This document shows positions 18,311 through 27,365 of a stretch of 43,835 bases of DNA, piece by piece. A program made the translations under genes and the position numbers. The number at the start of each line of letters is the position of its first letter. Position 1 is the first letter of the stretch. Below the pieces are notes generated by a model, which made no database searches, was not told the DNA's origin, and saw nothing but the letters and a program-made list of their open reading frames with translations. Source of the stretch: a virus; IMG/VR virus record IMGVR_UViG_3300029507_000004, positions 1-43,835 of that record; one strand, written 5' to 3'.

Positions 18311-19144
18311 ATGAAAGAAAGATTCCCTATTGAGGTTGAACTGGCATACTCCAAAACTTTAAATAAACTTATAGATGATATAGAGGAAAAATTCAGGGAA
18401 ATATTTATAAGAGAAAAAAAGTCCTCTTCTCCTAAGAGGAAAAGCAATTCTTTAATAGATATGGAACAGGTTACAAGGGAATACATAGAAGATAGGGAAA
18501 GAAAACAAGTAATAAGGCTAAATAAGAAAGAAACAGAAGAAGAAAAAGAGTTTCTAAAATATTTCGAGGAGTTAATAACAACAGAGTATGCAGCAAATTT
18601 ATGTATAGATTACTTGTTAGAAGCTTTACAGTACACCATAGATGGAATAAATGCAGAAATAACAACTATAAAAGGAGTGGATTTCTTTTCTCAGGCTTTT
18701 GTAGATGAATCCATAATTAAAAAAATTCTTGAAGAAAATATATCCCTTATAAAAGCAGAACCACTGAAATATTTAAGAAGCTATGACAAGGCAGTGGCTA
18801 AGCTGGTAAAAGAAAAAGTTGAGGAAGGATTAACTTTAAAAGATTTGTCTGAAGCTATAATGCAAACTACAGGAGTAGAAAAGGCAAGGGCTGACCTTAT
18901 AGCAGCGGACCAAATAGGAAATGTTTTTGCTGAGGCTTCTAAAAGGCAGTTTAAGGGAATAGGACTAAAAAAATTTAAGTGGATAACAGCAGGAGACAAG
19001 AGAGTAAGACCAAGTCACATGGAAAGAGATGGAAAGATTTACAACTGGGAGGAACCACCAGATGGGGAAATTCCAGGTAGTGCAATAAGATGCAGATGTA
19101 TTGCAAGTGTAGTAGAAAATGAAGTGTTAATGCTAGCAGCATAG
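18311..19144 (+). CDS. Phage head morphogenesis protein (Mu F/SPP1 gp7-like)
   Basis: 277 aa; C-terminal KKFKWITAGDKRVRPSHMERDGKIYNW...PGSAIRCRC. Confidence 0.85.
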   Translation: MKERFPIEVELAYSKTLNKLIDDIEEKFREIFIREKKSSSPKRKSNSLIDMEQVTREYIEDRERKQVIRLNKKETEEEKEFLKYFEELITTEYAANLCIDYLLEALQYTIDGINAEITTIKGVDFFSQAFVDESIIKKILEENISLIKAEPLKYLRSYDKAVAKLVKEKVEEGLTLKDLSEAIMQTTGVEKARADLIAADQIGNVFAEASKRQFKGIGLKKFKWITAGDKRVRPSHMERDGKIYNWEEPPDGEIPGSAIRCRCIASVVENEVLMLAA

Positions 19145-19162
19145 GAAGGAGGTGAGGAAAGA

Positions 19163-20245
19163 ATGAGCCAAATTAAAAAAAACAGTAGATTTAATGTTAT
19201 GAGACAAAACGAAACACCAGAAGGCTTCCTTGATTTAACGGGGTATATTTCTCAGGCGGATGTACCTATGGAGTATATAGACTACTTGAATGAAAAAGTA
19301 ACAAGAGAAGTTATTCCTTTAGAAGAACTAGAGAAAGCAAGTCCACAGGCAACTGGGTTGATAATGACAGATAATCATCCGTGGGAATTTTTAAATTCTA
19401 GTAATGCAACAATGTATACAAGAGGCTTTGTTATAAATAATTATGGAATAGAAGATAAAAAAATAAAAGTTGATATCCGGGTAATTGATAAAGATGTTAT
19501 TAAAGACATAAAGCTTGGAAAGAAGGAACAATTTTCTATTGGATATTATTGTGACATAATCGAAGAGCCTGGAATAACAGAAACAGGAGAACAATACGAT
19601 GTTAAGCAAGTGGCTCTAAAACTAAATCATTTTTCTATTGTTCCGACAGGAAGAGCAGGAGAAAAAATAGGAATAATAAAGCTTAATAGTAAAGATGAAA
19701 ATGTTAGCTATGAAAAAGGAATGTTTAAAAAAGAAAATGGAGGAGATGAAAAGATGGCAATAAAATATAATGGAAAAGATATGGAAGCAGCTGAACTACA
19801 TGCAGAACTTATACTTAGAGATAAAGAACTTATACAAAAAACAAATGAGGCAGAGGTTTTAAAAGGGGAAATGGCAGGTTTGAAAACTACTAATGAAGAA
19901 CTTGTCGAAAAAGTTAACGGAATTGATAATAAGGTAAATAGCGAGGTCGTAGCTAGATTAAATTCTGTTATTGAGGTAGCGAAAATGACAGGAGAGGACA
20001 CAGACGATCTTTTAAAATTAAATTCTGTAGAACTTAAAAAGAAAGTAATAAACTCTGCTTTTCCAAATATGGACCTAGAAGGAAAAACCGAAGCTTTCTT
20101 AGAGGGGTTATATGAAGGAGCTAAGACAAGATTGAATTCTACTACTCCAATAGTAACAGAAGGAGATAAAAAGAGTAATGTAGAGAAGAAAAATGGAATT
20201 GACTTATTAAAGCAAGCAGTTGAAGGAATAGGAGGGAAAAAATAA
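19163..20245 (+). CDS. DUF2213-like prohead protease/scaffold protein
   Basis: 360 aa; LGKKEQFSIGYYCDIIEEPG...KLNHFSIVPTGRAG followed by a coiled coil. Confidence 0.7.
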   Translation: MSQIKKNSRFNVMRQNETPEGFLDLTGYISQADVPMEYIDYLNEKVTREVIPLEELEKASPQATGLIMTDNHPWEFLNSSNATMYTRGFVINNYGIEDKKIKVDIRVIDKDVIKDIKLGKKEQFSIGYYCDIIEEPGITETGEQYDVKQVALKLNHFSIVPTGRAGEKIGIIKLNSKDENVSYEKGMFKKENGGDEKMAIKYNGKDMEAAELHAELILRDKELIQKTNEAEVLKGEMAGLKTTNEELVEKVNGIDNKVNSEVVARLNSVIEVAKMTGEDTDDLLKLNSVELKKKVINSAFPNMDLEGKTEAFLEGLYEGAKTRLNSTTPIVTEGDKKSNVEKKNGIDLLKQAVEGIGGKK

Positions 20246-20661
20246 TGGCAAGAGATATGAAAAAAGGTGGAATGATAGCAGCAGCAGTATCTACACATAA
20301 TGAATATGGATATTTTTACAATGAGGAAGTAGTTCCATTCGGAGCTGGGGTTATGAGAGGAACAGACCCACAAGACCAGTGTAAGTTAATGTTAACTACT
20401 GGTAAATTTTTAGGGGTAGCCTTGTATAGAAATGTAAATTTAGAGGAAAAAAGAGAGTATCCTTTAAATTCTACTGTAGAGGTACTTAAAAAAGGTCAAG
20501 TGTGGGTAAAAGTAGCTGAGGTTGTACTGGCTGGAGATGTAGCAGGTTGTGGACTAAGTGGTAAATTTGGGAAAAAAGGCACTACTGGTTATGATGAGAT
20601 TAATGCAGTATACCAAACATCTGCGTCTAAAGATGAATATGCAATTTTAGAACTTAAATAA
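20245..20661 (+). CDS. DUF2190-like capsid accessory protein
   Basis: 138 aa, small beta-rich capsid-module protein upstream of the major capsid gene. Confidence 0.6.
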   Translation: MARDMKKGGMIAAAVSTHNEYGYFYNEEVVPFGAGVMRGTDPQDQCKLMLTTGKFLGVALYRNVNLEEKREYPLNSTVEVLKKGQVWVKVAEVVLAGDVAGCGLSGKFGKKGTTGYDEINAVYQTSASKDEYAILELK

Positions 20662-20682
20662 TGAAAATGGAGGGATAAACTA

Positions 20683-21588
20683 ATGAAAATAAGAGAAAAT
20701 AACATGAATATGCCACTTAATGCACTTACAGATGTATATGCAGGAGTATTAGCGAATGTGATACTTGAAGATAGGGTTCCTTTAGAGGCTAGGGACATAA
20801 TCCCAAAAATAACAAATATAGATGGGCTTGATATCGCAAGTAGAACCATAAGTGCAGTTAGATATTTTACAGATGGAAAAGCCTTAATAAGTGATCTTAG
20901 ACCCAATACTTTGCCAGTAATGAATGCAGTAGCCACTAAAGATTCATGGGATCTAAAATGGATAAGTATAGCAATTAGAACAGATATAAATGAAAAGGAT
21001 GATATTGCTACTGGAAAAGTGAAACCAGTAAATAAGACAATAGAAGCTTTTAGAATTGTAGCAGAAACAGAAAATGATTTCTTGCTAAATGGATTTAATA
21101 AACTTGGAGTAGATGGAATAAATTCTGTCGATGGAAACCAAGGTATTCATATTGTAGCAGCTGCTAAACCATGGGCTACTGCAACAGGAGAGGAGATAGT
21201 TGGGGATATTGCAAAAATGTATGAAGCTATGACAACAGGCAAAATATATAAAGCAAGAACTCTAGCTATGCCAGAGAAATTAAACTTTTTGATTAATAGC
21301 AAAGTATATACAGATAAAACTGGAAAAGTAATAGATAGTGCTATGACTATTAAAGAAGTCTTAGATAAAAGAGGATATTTTGAAACTTATAAAAGCATAA
21401 TAGGGATAGAAGCTCCTATGCTCCTAGATGATGTGCCAGAAAACTTTGGTTTTGTTCCTGTTTTGGATATAACAATAGGAGAAACATATAAAAATGGAAG
21501 AGCAGAAGAAACACCAATTGAAGAAAAATTATCTGAATTTATGTTATTAAAACCGCTGGCAATTGCAAAATTAACAGGAGCTAACTAG
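20683..21588 (+). CDS. Major capsid protein
   Basis: 301 aa; position and DRVPLEARDIIPK...TMPEKLNFLINSKVYTD...DDVPENFGFVPVLDI. Confidence 0.75.
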   Translation: MKIRENNMNMPLNALTDVYAGVLANVILEDRVPLEARDIIPKITNIDGLDIASRTISAVRYFTDGKALISDLRPNTLPVMNAVATKDSWDLKWISIAIRTDINEKDDIATGKVKPVNKTIEAFRIVAETENDFLLNGFNKLGVDGINSVDGNQGIHIVAAAKPWATATGEEIVGDIAKMYEAMTTGKIYKARTLAMPEKLNFLINSKVYTDKTGKVIDSAMTIKEVLDKRGYFETYKSIIGIEAPMLLDDVPENFGFVPVLDITIGETYKNGRAEETPIEEKLSEFMLLKPLAIAKLTGAN

Positions 21589-21602
21589 GAGGGATATAAA
21601 AA

Positions 21603-21830
21603 ATGAAAGTAAAATTTATAAATAAAACTAATAGTCCTTTATGGATGGGAGATTTTTGTTTTATTCCAGGTACATCTATTGCAGATATAAATAAAGAACA
21701 AAAAGATAAGCTGGAAGAAATTAAAAAAAATAATACTGTTATAAAAAATGCCATATCTAAAAATATATATATCGTAGAATATGCAGAAAAATTTGAAGTT
21801 GAAGTGCAGCCAGAAAATAAAGAAAAATAG
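21603..21830 (+). CDS. Hypothetical head-module protein
   Basis: 75 aa ORF in structural operon. Confidence 0.5.
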   Translation: MKVKFINKTNSPLWMGDFCFIPGTSIADINKEQKDKLEEIKKNNTVIKNAISKNIYIVEYAEKFEVEVQPENKEK

Positions 21831-21843
21831 GAGGTACTTATCT

Positions 21844-22203
21844 ATGAACCCTACTGCAACTGTAACACTAATAAAAGATACATATTTAGAAGTAGAAGAT
21901 ATAGAAGAAAGCAAAATACAATTACAGCTAAAGTATGCTTCTCTTATGGTGGATAAGGATATAAAAAATAGGGAGTTAGATGAGGATTATAGAGAAATGG
22001 CAGAAGTCTATATGACCTGTCATTTGCTCTATATAAACTATTTCAAGACTTCCGAAGACAAGTTAGATAGTACAACAGATAAAAAACTTACTCCTAAGCT
22101 TGGGATGGGACTTCAAGGAAGCCCTTATGGACAGATGTATTTGTCTATAAAAAATCAAGCAAGCGGAGTGGAAGAAGCTGTATCAGGGATAGGGATTTTA
22201 TGA
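21844..22203 (+). CDS. Head-tail connector-like protein (DUF4054-like)
   Basis: Start MNPTATVTLIKDTYLEVED preferred over the 21781 start of the track; MTCHLLYINYF, GLQGSPYGQMYLSI. Confidence 0.65.
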   Translation: MNPTATVTLIKDTYLEVEDIEESKIQLQLKYASLMVDKDIKNRELDEDYREMAEVYMTCHLLYINYFKTSEDKLDSTTDKKLTPKLGMGLQGSPYGQMYLSIKNQASGVEEAVSGIGIL

Positions 22204-22724
22204 CTTTTAAAATAAGCACTAGAGAAACCCAGCTAGGGAAAAGATTAAAAAGTCTGAGTAAAGATGGTTCTGTAACTTTTAAAACAGGACTATTTGGCTC
22301 TGATGATTCGACAATGGTTAAAATAGGGGCTACACATGAATTTGGGGCAGAAATAGAAGTAAAAGAAAACAGATTTGTTCCTAAACTAGGTAGAATCGTA
22401 AAGCAAGGAACTATTATAAAAATTCCTGCTCGTAGGTGGTTAAGCTTAGCTTTTACAAGAAACGAAAGTTTTTATAAAAAAATGTTAACTGAAGGACTGA
22501 AAGAAATAACAGAAAAAAATATTTCTACTGAGGAAATGAATAACAAGGTAGCTATTATTTTAGCTGCTAAAGTTAAGGAAGAACTTGGGAAAGATATGCC
22601 TCCACCTCTTAAATATAGAGATGGAACTCCTCTTGTTGACAGTGGAGACATGAGAAGAAGTGTAGGAACTAGGATAGTTACAACTAAAGGAATATCAGGA
22701 ACAAAGGGGCGTGGAAATGAGTAA
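22200..22724 (+). CDS. HK97 gp10-like / tail completion protein
   Basis: 174 aa; VKIGATHEFGAEIEV, IPARRWLSLAF, PLVDSGDMRRSV. Confidence 0.7.
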   Translation: MTFKISTRETQLGKRLKSLSKDGSVTFKTGLFGSDDSTMVKIGATHEFGAEIEVKENRFVPKLGRIVKQGTIIKIPARRWLSLAFTRNESFYKKMLTEGLKEITEKNISTEEMNNKVAIILAAKVKEELGKDMPPPLKYRDGTPLVDSGDMRRSVGTRIVTTKGISGTKGRGNE

Positions 22725-23073
22725 AAAATTTAATCATGCACATATAATAAAAAAATATTCTAAAAATTTTGAATTTAAGAGAAGGGAAAAAGGGAAAATA
22801 GTTGCAGGTAGACCAGTAGAAAAAGAAATAATCTTTACAGGAAAGGCAGCAATTATGAGAATTGACCCTAATAGCTTAGAGGATACAAGTAGCTTTGTAA
22901 CTGGGGATATGAAAGCATATTTTGTTAAAAAGCAAGAATACCAACCTAAAATAAATGATACTTTTTCTTTGGCAGGAAAAGAATATATATTAAAAAAAGA
23001 ATTTAATAATGATTTAACAGATTATACCCAATTTTTAGCTAGGAGGGTGGTAACAGGTGGCACTAACGATTAA
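22711..23073 (+). CDS. Head-tail joining protein
   Basis: 120 aa ORF, structural operon position. Confidence 0.55.
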   Translation: MEMSKKFNHAHIIKKYSKNFEFKRREKGKIVAGRPVEKEIIFTGKAAIMRIDPNSLEDTSSFVTGDMKAYFVKKQEYQPKINDTFSLAGKEYILKKEFNNDLTDYTQFLARRVVTGGTND

Positions 23074-23596
23074 GGAAGAGCTGGAAGAATTTTGGTATGA
23101 ATATCTTAGTAATAGAACTGAATATTCTTGTCTTCTTTCTGATGTAGAGCTATCCGAAGAAGATATAGAGCAATATGGAGGATATCCTTTAATAAAGTTT
23201 TCTATATTAGAAGTGAACACTGCTGCTGAGGGATATTTGACAACTAGAAAAGCTAATGAAGAAATAATAGAAGAGTATATATTTAATGCTGAGTATATGC
23301 TTGAATTACAAGTTTATTTTAAAAGTGATAAAACTTTTAATTTAGATAAGTTACTTTATGACTTGTCTAATGAAAATATTTTTACAAGATACACAATGAA
23401 TAAGGAAAATGAATTTTTTAGGGATATGGCTTTAAGAGGAAAGTTAAAGATAGTAAATATAAATAATTTTTTGCAAAATCAATCTGTATCTAGGTACAGA
23501 TATCAACAAAATTTTATTATAGATATATTAAGAAATGACTTAATACCAAGAGCTAAAAAAGCGGAAATAATAGAAAAGAAGGAGGTAGAATTTTGA
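23057..23596 (+). CDS. Hypothetical tail-module protein
   Basis: 179 aa, upstream of the sheath gene. Confidence 0.55.
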   Translation: MALTIKEELEEFWYEYLSNRTEYSCLLSDVELSEEDIEQYGGYPLIKFSILEVNTAAEGYLTTRKANEEIIEEYIFNAEYMLELQVYFKSDKTFNLDKLLYDLSNENIFTRYTMNKENEFFRDMALRGKLKIVNINNFLQNQSVSRYRYQQNFIIDILRNDLIPRAKKAEIIEKKEVEF

Positions 23597-24681
23597 GATT
23601 AATAGATTCTAATATTTTAAGTGATACAATAGGAATTCAAGCCATAGAATTTGGAAGAACCCTTATTATATCTACTAATAAAGACATAGAATATCAAACA
23701 GTTGAAAAAGCTGGAGATATTGAGAGTACTGAAAAAGTAACACCAGAAGATAATGTTTACAAGAAGGTAGAAGCATTTTTCTCTGGAGAAACAAGAGTGG
23801 ATTCTGTAGACGTTGTTGGAAAAACTGGACTTGCAGAAGCGGCAGGAATAAAAGCATTTCTTGATACAGTGATAGAAAAAAATGATAATTTTTTATTTGT
23901 ATTTTTAGATACGTTTAATAAAGAATTAGTAACAGGACTGGTGGGATGGGCTGTAGCAAATAAAAAATTTCCTGTATATGCAACTCCAACAACTTTGTCA
24001 ATTTCAGAGGTAGAAGGAATGGTAGAAACATTTAATTCTAGAGCTATAGCGTTCGATGGAGACGATCATATAGAGGCTAAAGCAGTAGGATTTATGACAA
24101 CAACAGTACCTGGATATTTACCTTGGAGTTGGCGAAGATTGCAAGGAATACAGAAAAATCCAAGACCAGCTTCTGAACAAAGAAAGCTTTTAAATGCTAA
24201 AGTAAATTTTGCCAACGAAGAAAGAAGAGGAGTTTATGTAGTTGTACCAGGACAAACTACATCAGGAGAATTTATAAAAAATGAGTGGGGTAAGGTAAAT
24301 ATGGAAGATGATATGCACATTGCCATGGTAAACCTACTTACTTCAAACGATCCTGTAGGACATCCGGGTGCAGATCCAGGAGACGCTTCAAGGATTTATC
24401 AAGCCCTTTATGAAGTGATACAGGATTATGCAGGGAATGATAGAAAATTTATAGCTACATGGACAGATGAAGAAATTCAAGCCGGAGCAAATGCTCAGCC
24501 TGGAGATCCTAAAGCGTATGTAAAAGTGAAAACAAAATATACACAAGCAGATATAAAAGCAGGTATTTTCTCTGTAGAATGGGCAGCAATGCCTCGTGGT
24601 GAATGTTTAGAGGGGAAAATACAAGGGCTGTTGACATTTGATATAAATAAAATAAAAGGAGGTCAAGCAAGTGGCGTATAA
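23593..24681 (+). CDS. Contractile tail sheath protein (DUF3383-like)
   Basis: 362 aa; LVTGLVGWAVANKKFPVYATPT, NEWGKVNMEDDMHIAMVNLLTS. Confidence 0.85.
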   Translation: MRLIDSNILSDTIGIQAIEFGRTLIISTNKDIEYQTVEKAGDIESTEKVTPEDNVYKKVEAFFSGETRVDSVDVVGKTGLAEAAGIKAFLDTVIEKNDNFLFVFLDTFNKELVTGLVGWAVANKKFPVYATPTTLSISEVEGMVETFNSRAIAFDGDDHIEAKAVGFMTTTVPGYLPWSWRRLQGIQKNPRPASEQRKLLNAKVNFANEERRGVYVVVPGQTTSGEFIKNEWGKVNMEDDMHIAMVNLLTSNDPVGHPGADPGDASRIYQALYEVIQDYAGNDRKFIATWTDEEIQAGANAQPGDPKAYVKVKTKYTQADIKAGIFSVEWAAMPRGECLEGKIQGLLTFDINKIKGGQASGV

Positions 24682-25084
24682 TGCAAAACGGGATTTTATA
24701 ACAATAGATGGAACAGACTTCACAAATGCCTTTGATGGGGATGACGCTTTTTCTTATGAAAGGAATGGAGATACTTTGGAATTTAGGAAAGATTCTGGAG
24801 GAAGTGATATAGTTTTCGAGCTTACAGATGATTCTGTCAATGGAAGTATATCAATTCGACCAGATGCTGGAACTTTATTGAAAAAATTAAGGCAACTTAT
24901 GAATGCTAAAAAAATGTTTTCTATGACTAGAGACAATCGAAATCCGGGAGGAGAAAAGGTTGACTTTATAAAGTGTTATATCATTAATGAGGGAGCAAAT
25001 GGAAAAAATTCATCAGGAAATAAAAATGCAAGAACTTTTAACTTTAGAGCAGAAAAAATATCAGCTAAAGAAGGAGAATATTAA
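24671..25084 (+). CDS. Tail tube protein (DUF3277-like)
   Basis: 137 aa; DGTDFTNAFDGDDAFSYERNGDTLEFRKDSGG, IKCYIINEGANGKN. Confidence 0.8.
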   Translation: MAYNAKRDFITIDGTDFTNAFDGDDAFSYERNGDTLEFRKDSGGSDIVFELTDDSVNGSISIRPDAGTLLKKLRQLMNAKKMFSMTRDNRNPGGEKVDFIKCYIINEGANGKNSSGNKNARTFNFRAEKISAKEGEY

Positions 25085-25452
25085 TGGAAGATAAAGAAAA
25101 GAAAATAGTGGGGTACAAGGATTATGTACCACATAAAATAGAGGATACAGCAGAGTTTGAAAGTGTGGTCCTAGAAGATAAAGAAGGGACTTTATTTGAA
25201 TGTAGATTTAGAAAGCCTACTACATCAGAATTGTTAAGAGTAAAAAGAGAGAATACTTTTATAAGATTTATAAAAGTAGATAAAAAAGAGGAAGAAGATG
25301 AGGAACTTTCTCAAATAAGCGGACTGGAAATAGAAAAAATAGCTCAAATAGTTTTTGATGAATTTGACTGTATTCCAGCAGGGTTGAAAGTGAATATGCT
25401 AAAACCTGAGTGTATTAGTACTTTAACAGATAAATTTTGTAGCGGGGTTTAG
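25084..25452 (+). CDS. Tail assembly chaperone, 0-frame product
   Basis: 122 aa, located between tube and tape measure. Confidence 0.75.
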   Translation: MEDKEKKIVGYKDYVPHKIEDTAEFESVVLEDKEGTLFECRFRKPTTSELLRVKRENTFIRFIKVDKKEEEDEELSQISGLEIEKIAQIVFDEFDCIPAGLKVNMLKPECISTLTDKFCSGV

Positions 25453-25642
25453 GTTTACAGATGAAGGATATATAGATACAGAGAGTTATAATCTGGAAGT
25501 AGATGAGATTTATTCTCATATCATAGCTCAGTATTTTCACCTAGACCCCTGGGAAGTGCGTAATTGGAATGCAGAAAAACTTTTTAAAACTTATACATTT
25601 ATAAAAGAAGTTAAAGAAATAGAAAGAAATTCAGAAAAATAA
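25448..25642 (+). CDS. Tail assembly chaperone, frameshift extension (GT-like)
   Basis: Open in the +1/-2 frame: ...FRFTDEGYIDTESYNLEVDEIYSHIIAQYFHLDPWEVRNWNAEKLFKTYTFIKEVKEIERNSEK*; no early start codon. Confidence 0.65.
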   Translation, partial: FRFTDEGYIDTESYNLEVDEIYSHIIAQYFHLDPWEVRNWNAEKLFKTYTFIKEVKEIERNSEK

Positions 25643-25688
25643 AAGATAAAAAGGACATTGGAAATTGAATATTCTGAGGAAAAAAGTA

Positions 25689-25717
25689 TTGACTACGTAT
25701 TAAATACGTGGTATAAT
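25689..25717 (+). promoter_or_regulatory. Promoter/operator of hicAB
   Basis: TTGACT-17 nt-TATAAT with palindrome ACGTATTAAATACGT filling the spacer. Confidence 0.85.
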
Positions 25718-25735
25718 GTTTTTGAGGTGGTCGAT

Positions 25736-25918
25736 ATGACGTCATCGGACCTAATCAAGATACTCAGAAAAGATGGGTGGATTTTAAAGGAAGTAAAAGG
25801 CAGTCACAATCATTTTGTACATCCTGTGAAGAGTGGGAAAGTAACAGTTCCCCATCCTAAAAAAGACTTACCTATCGGAACTGTGAACAGTATTTTGAAG
25901 CAAGCAGGGTTGAAATAA
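25736..25918 (+). CDS. hicA: HicA-family toxin
   Basis: MTSSDLIKILRKDGWILKEVKGSHNHFVHPVKSGKVTVPHPKKDLPIGTVNSILKQAG; start at 25736 because the promoter lies upstream of it. Confidence 0.93.
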   Translation: MTSSDLIKILRKDGWILKEVKGSHNHFVHPVKSGKVTVPHPKKDLPIGTVNSILKQAGLK

Positions 25919-25948
25919 CCCTGCACCACCTCAAACAATTAAAAAGGA

Positions 25949-26365
25949 GTGTATAAAATGAATGATGTAGTTTATCCAGTGATACTTACTTATCAAGATG
26001 ATATTGTTTATGTTGGAGTACCTGATTTAGGACTTGATAACTTTTCTACTTATGGAGAAAACGTAAATGAAGCTATAAAACATGTTAAAGAAATAATTAC
26101 ACTCAATTTATTAGATTATGAAGAAGAAGGAAAGAAATTTCCAAAAGTAAGCGATATCAAAGAGTTAAAGAAAAATTTAGATGAAAACCAAGAAATTATT
26201 TATGTAAGTTTGTGGTTACCATATGAAAAAGCTTTAACAAAAACAATATATAAGAAAAAAACACTTAGTATACCTAGCTGGCTTGATATGTTAGCAACGG
26301 CAAAAAATATAAACTTTTCCCAAGTTTTACAAAAAGCATTAAAGGAAGAATTGGGAATAAAATAA
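25949..26365 (+). CDS. hicB: HicB-family antitoxin
   Basis: 138 aa; VTYQDDIVYVGVPDLGLDNFSTYGENVNEAIKHVKEII plus C-terminal DNA-binding domain. Confidence 0.92.
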   Translation: MYKMNDVVYPVILTYQDDIVYVGVPDLGLDNFSTYGENVNEAIKHVKEIITLNLLDYEEEGKKFPKVSDIKELKKNLDENQEIIYVSLWLPYEKALTKTIYKKKTLSIPSWLDMLATAKNINFSQVLQKALKEELGIK

Positions 26366-26371
26366 AATTTC

Positions 26372-26402
26372 AATCCCTCAGTTTTGTGCTGAGGGATTTT
26401 TA
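26372..26402 (+). terminator. Intrinsic terminator after hicB
   Basis: AATCCCTCAG-ttttgtg-CTGAGGGATT followed by TTT. Confidence 0.85.
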
Positions 26403-26471
26403 TCCTTGACTTTTATAGAATTATAGAGTAATAATATACTGAAATATAATTTTCAAAAAGGGAGAGATAAA

Positions 26472-26888
26472 ATGAAAAAAATTTTTTTATTTATTGCTTT
26501 AGTTTCTATATTTACAGGGTGTAATCCAATTAAACCGGATGAAATTATAACAGAAATCGGAAACCCATTTAAAGAATACAAAATTATAGAGCCGGAAGTA
26601 GTCAAAACATTAGAAGAAGGTATATTGAAAACTGAAATCGAAAGTAAAGGTTTGGAAGAGATTGGAACCTCAGCTCATGTTATAAGTTTAAAAAAAATTG
26701 GAAGTTATGCAACTGGAGAAGTTAAAATATTAGGGAAAATAACACCTGAAAAATTAGAAAAAATGAATGAAAAGAGAAGTGAAAGAAGGAAAATAAATGG
26801 TATAGTTTCATATAATTGTGTTTATGAATATAGCTATACTACTGGACGTTATACATGGAGTAGCGATTTCCCATCAAAATATGAATAA
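26472..26888 (+). CDS. Small lipoprotein
   Basis: 138 aa; signal peptide with lipobox MKKIFLFIALVSIFTGC. Confidence 0.85.
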   Translation: MKKIFLFIALVSIFTGCNPIKPDEIITEIGNPFKEYKIIEPEVVKTLEEGILKTEIESKGLEEIGTSAHVISLKKIGSYATGEVKILGKITPEKLEKMNEKRSERRKINGIVSYNCVYEYSYTTGRYTWSSDFPSKYE

Positions 26889-26898
26889 GGAGTAATTT

Positions 26899-27282
26899 AT
26901 GAAGTTTAAAGTTAAATCTGATTTAAGTATTGTGGAAGTATTTATGAAGGTATTGCTCTTGTCAATTGGGTTTGGAATTATTGGAATTGTCATAGCTAGC
27001 ATTATAGGAGTAGCAACTAACAGTGATGAAATGGCAGTATTATTTTTAGCATTTTATGCTGTTTTATTAATAGCTTTGTTGATTTCATATATTTTAAAAG
27101 CAACACTGAATAGCGTAGTTTTTGGAAGTTCAACTGAAGAAACAAAAATAGAAAAGCTTTTAGAGGAAGTTCTGAAAGAACTTAAGGCTGCAAACGAAAG
27201 CAAAGGAATATATACCAAAAATGATAATTTAAGTTCTTTTGAAAAAGAAAGATTAGAAAAAGAAACTGGCAACAAAATTTAA
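26899..27282 (+). CDS. Two-TM membrane protein with cytoplasmic coiled tail
   Basis: Hydrophobic segments LLSIGFGIIGIVIASIIGVA and AVLFLAFYAVLLIALLISYIL. Confidence 0.75.
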   Translation: MKFKVKSDLSIVEVFMKVLLLSIGFGIIGIVIASIIGVATNSDEMAVLFLAFYAVLLIALLISYILKATLNSVVFGSSTEETKIEKLLEEVLKELKAANESKGIYTKNDNLSSFEKERLEKETGNKI

Positions 27283-27309
27283 AAAAATAGAAAATAAAAA
27301 TATTTTTAA

Positions 27310-27342
27310 CCCTCAGAGTATTTAATTTCTGAGGGCTTTTTA
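27310..27342 (+). terminator. Intrinsic terminator before the tape measure gene
   Basis: CCCTCAG-agtatttaattt-CTGAGGG followed by CTTTTTAT. Confidence 0.8.
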
Positions 27343-27365
27343 TTTGTCTGAAAGGAGGTGTAAAA

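Noticed and set aside
19708-20373. 221-aa antisense ORF
   Set aside because: Antisense to strongly supported capsid-module genes (DUF2213-like/DUF2190-like); low-complexity Ser/Phe-rich composition typical of antisense frames.
25658-25735. N-terminal extension of HicA in the ORF track
   Set aside because: A near-perfect sigma70 promoter with operator lies within it, so translation most likely starts at 25736.
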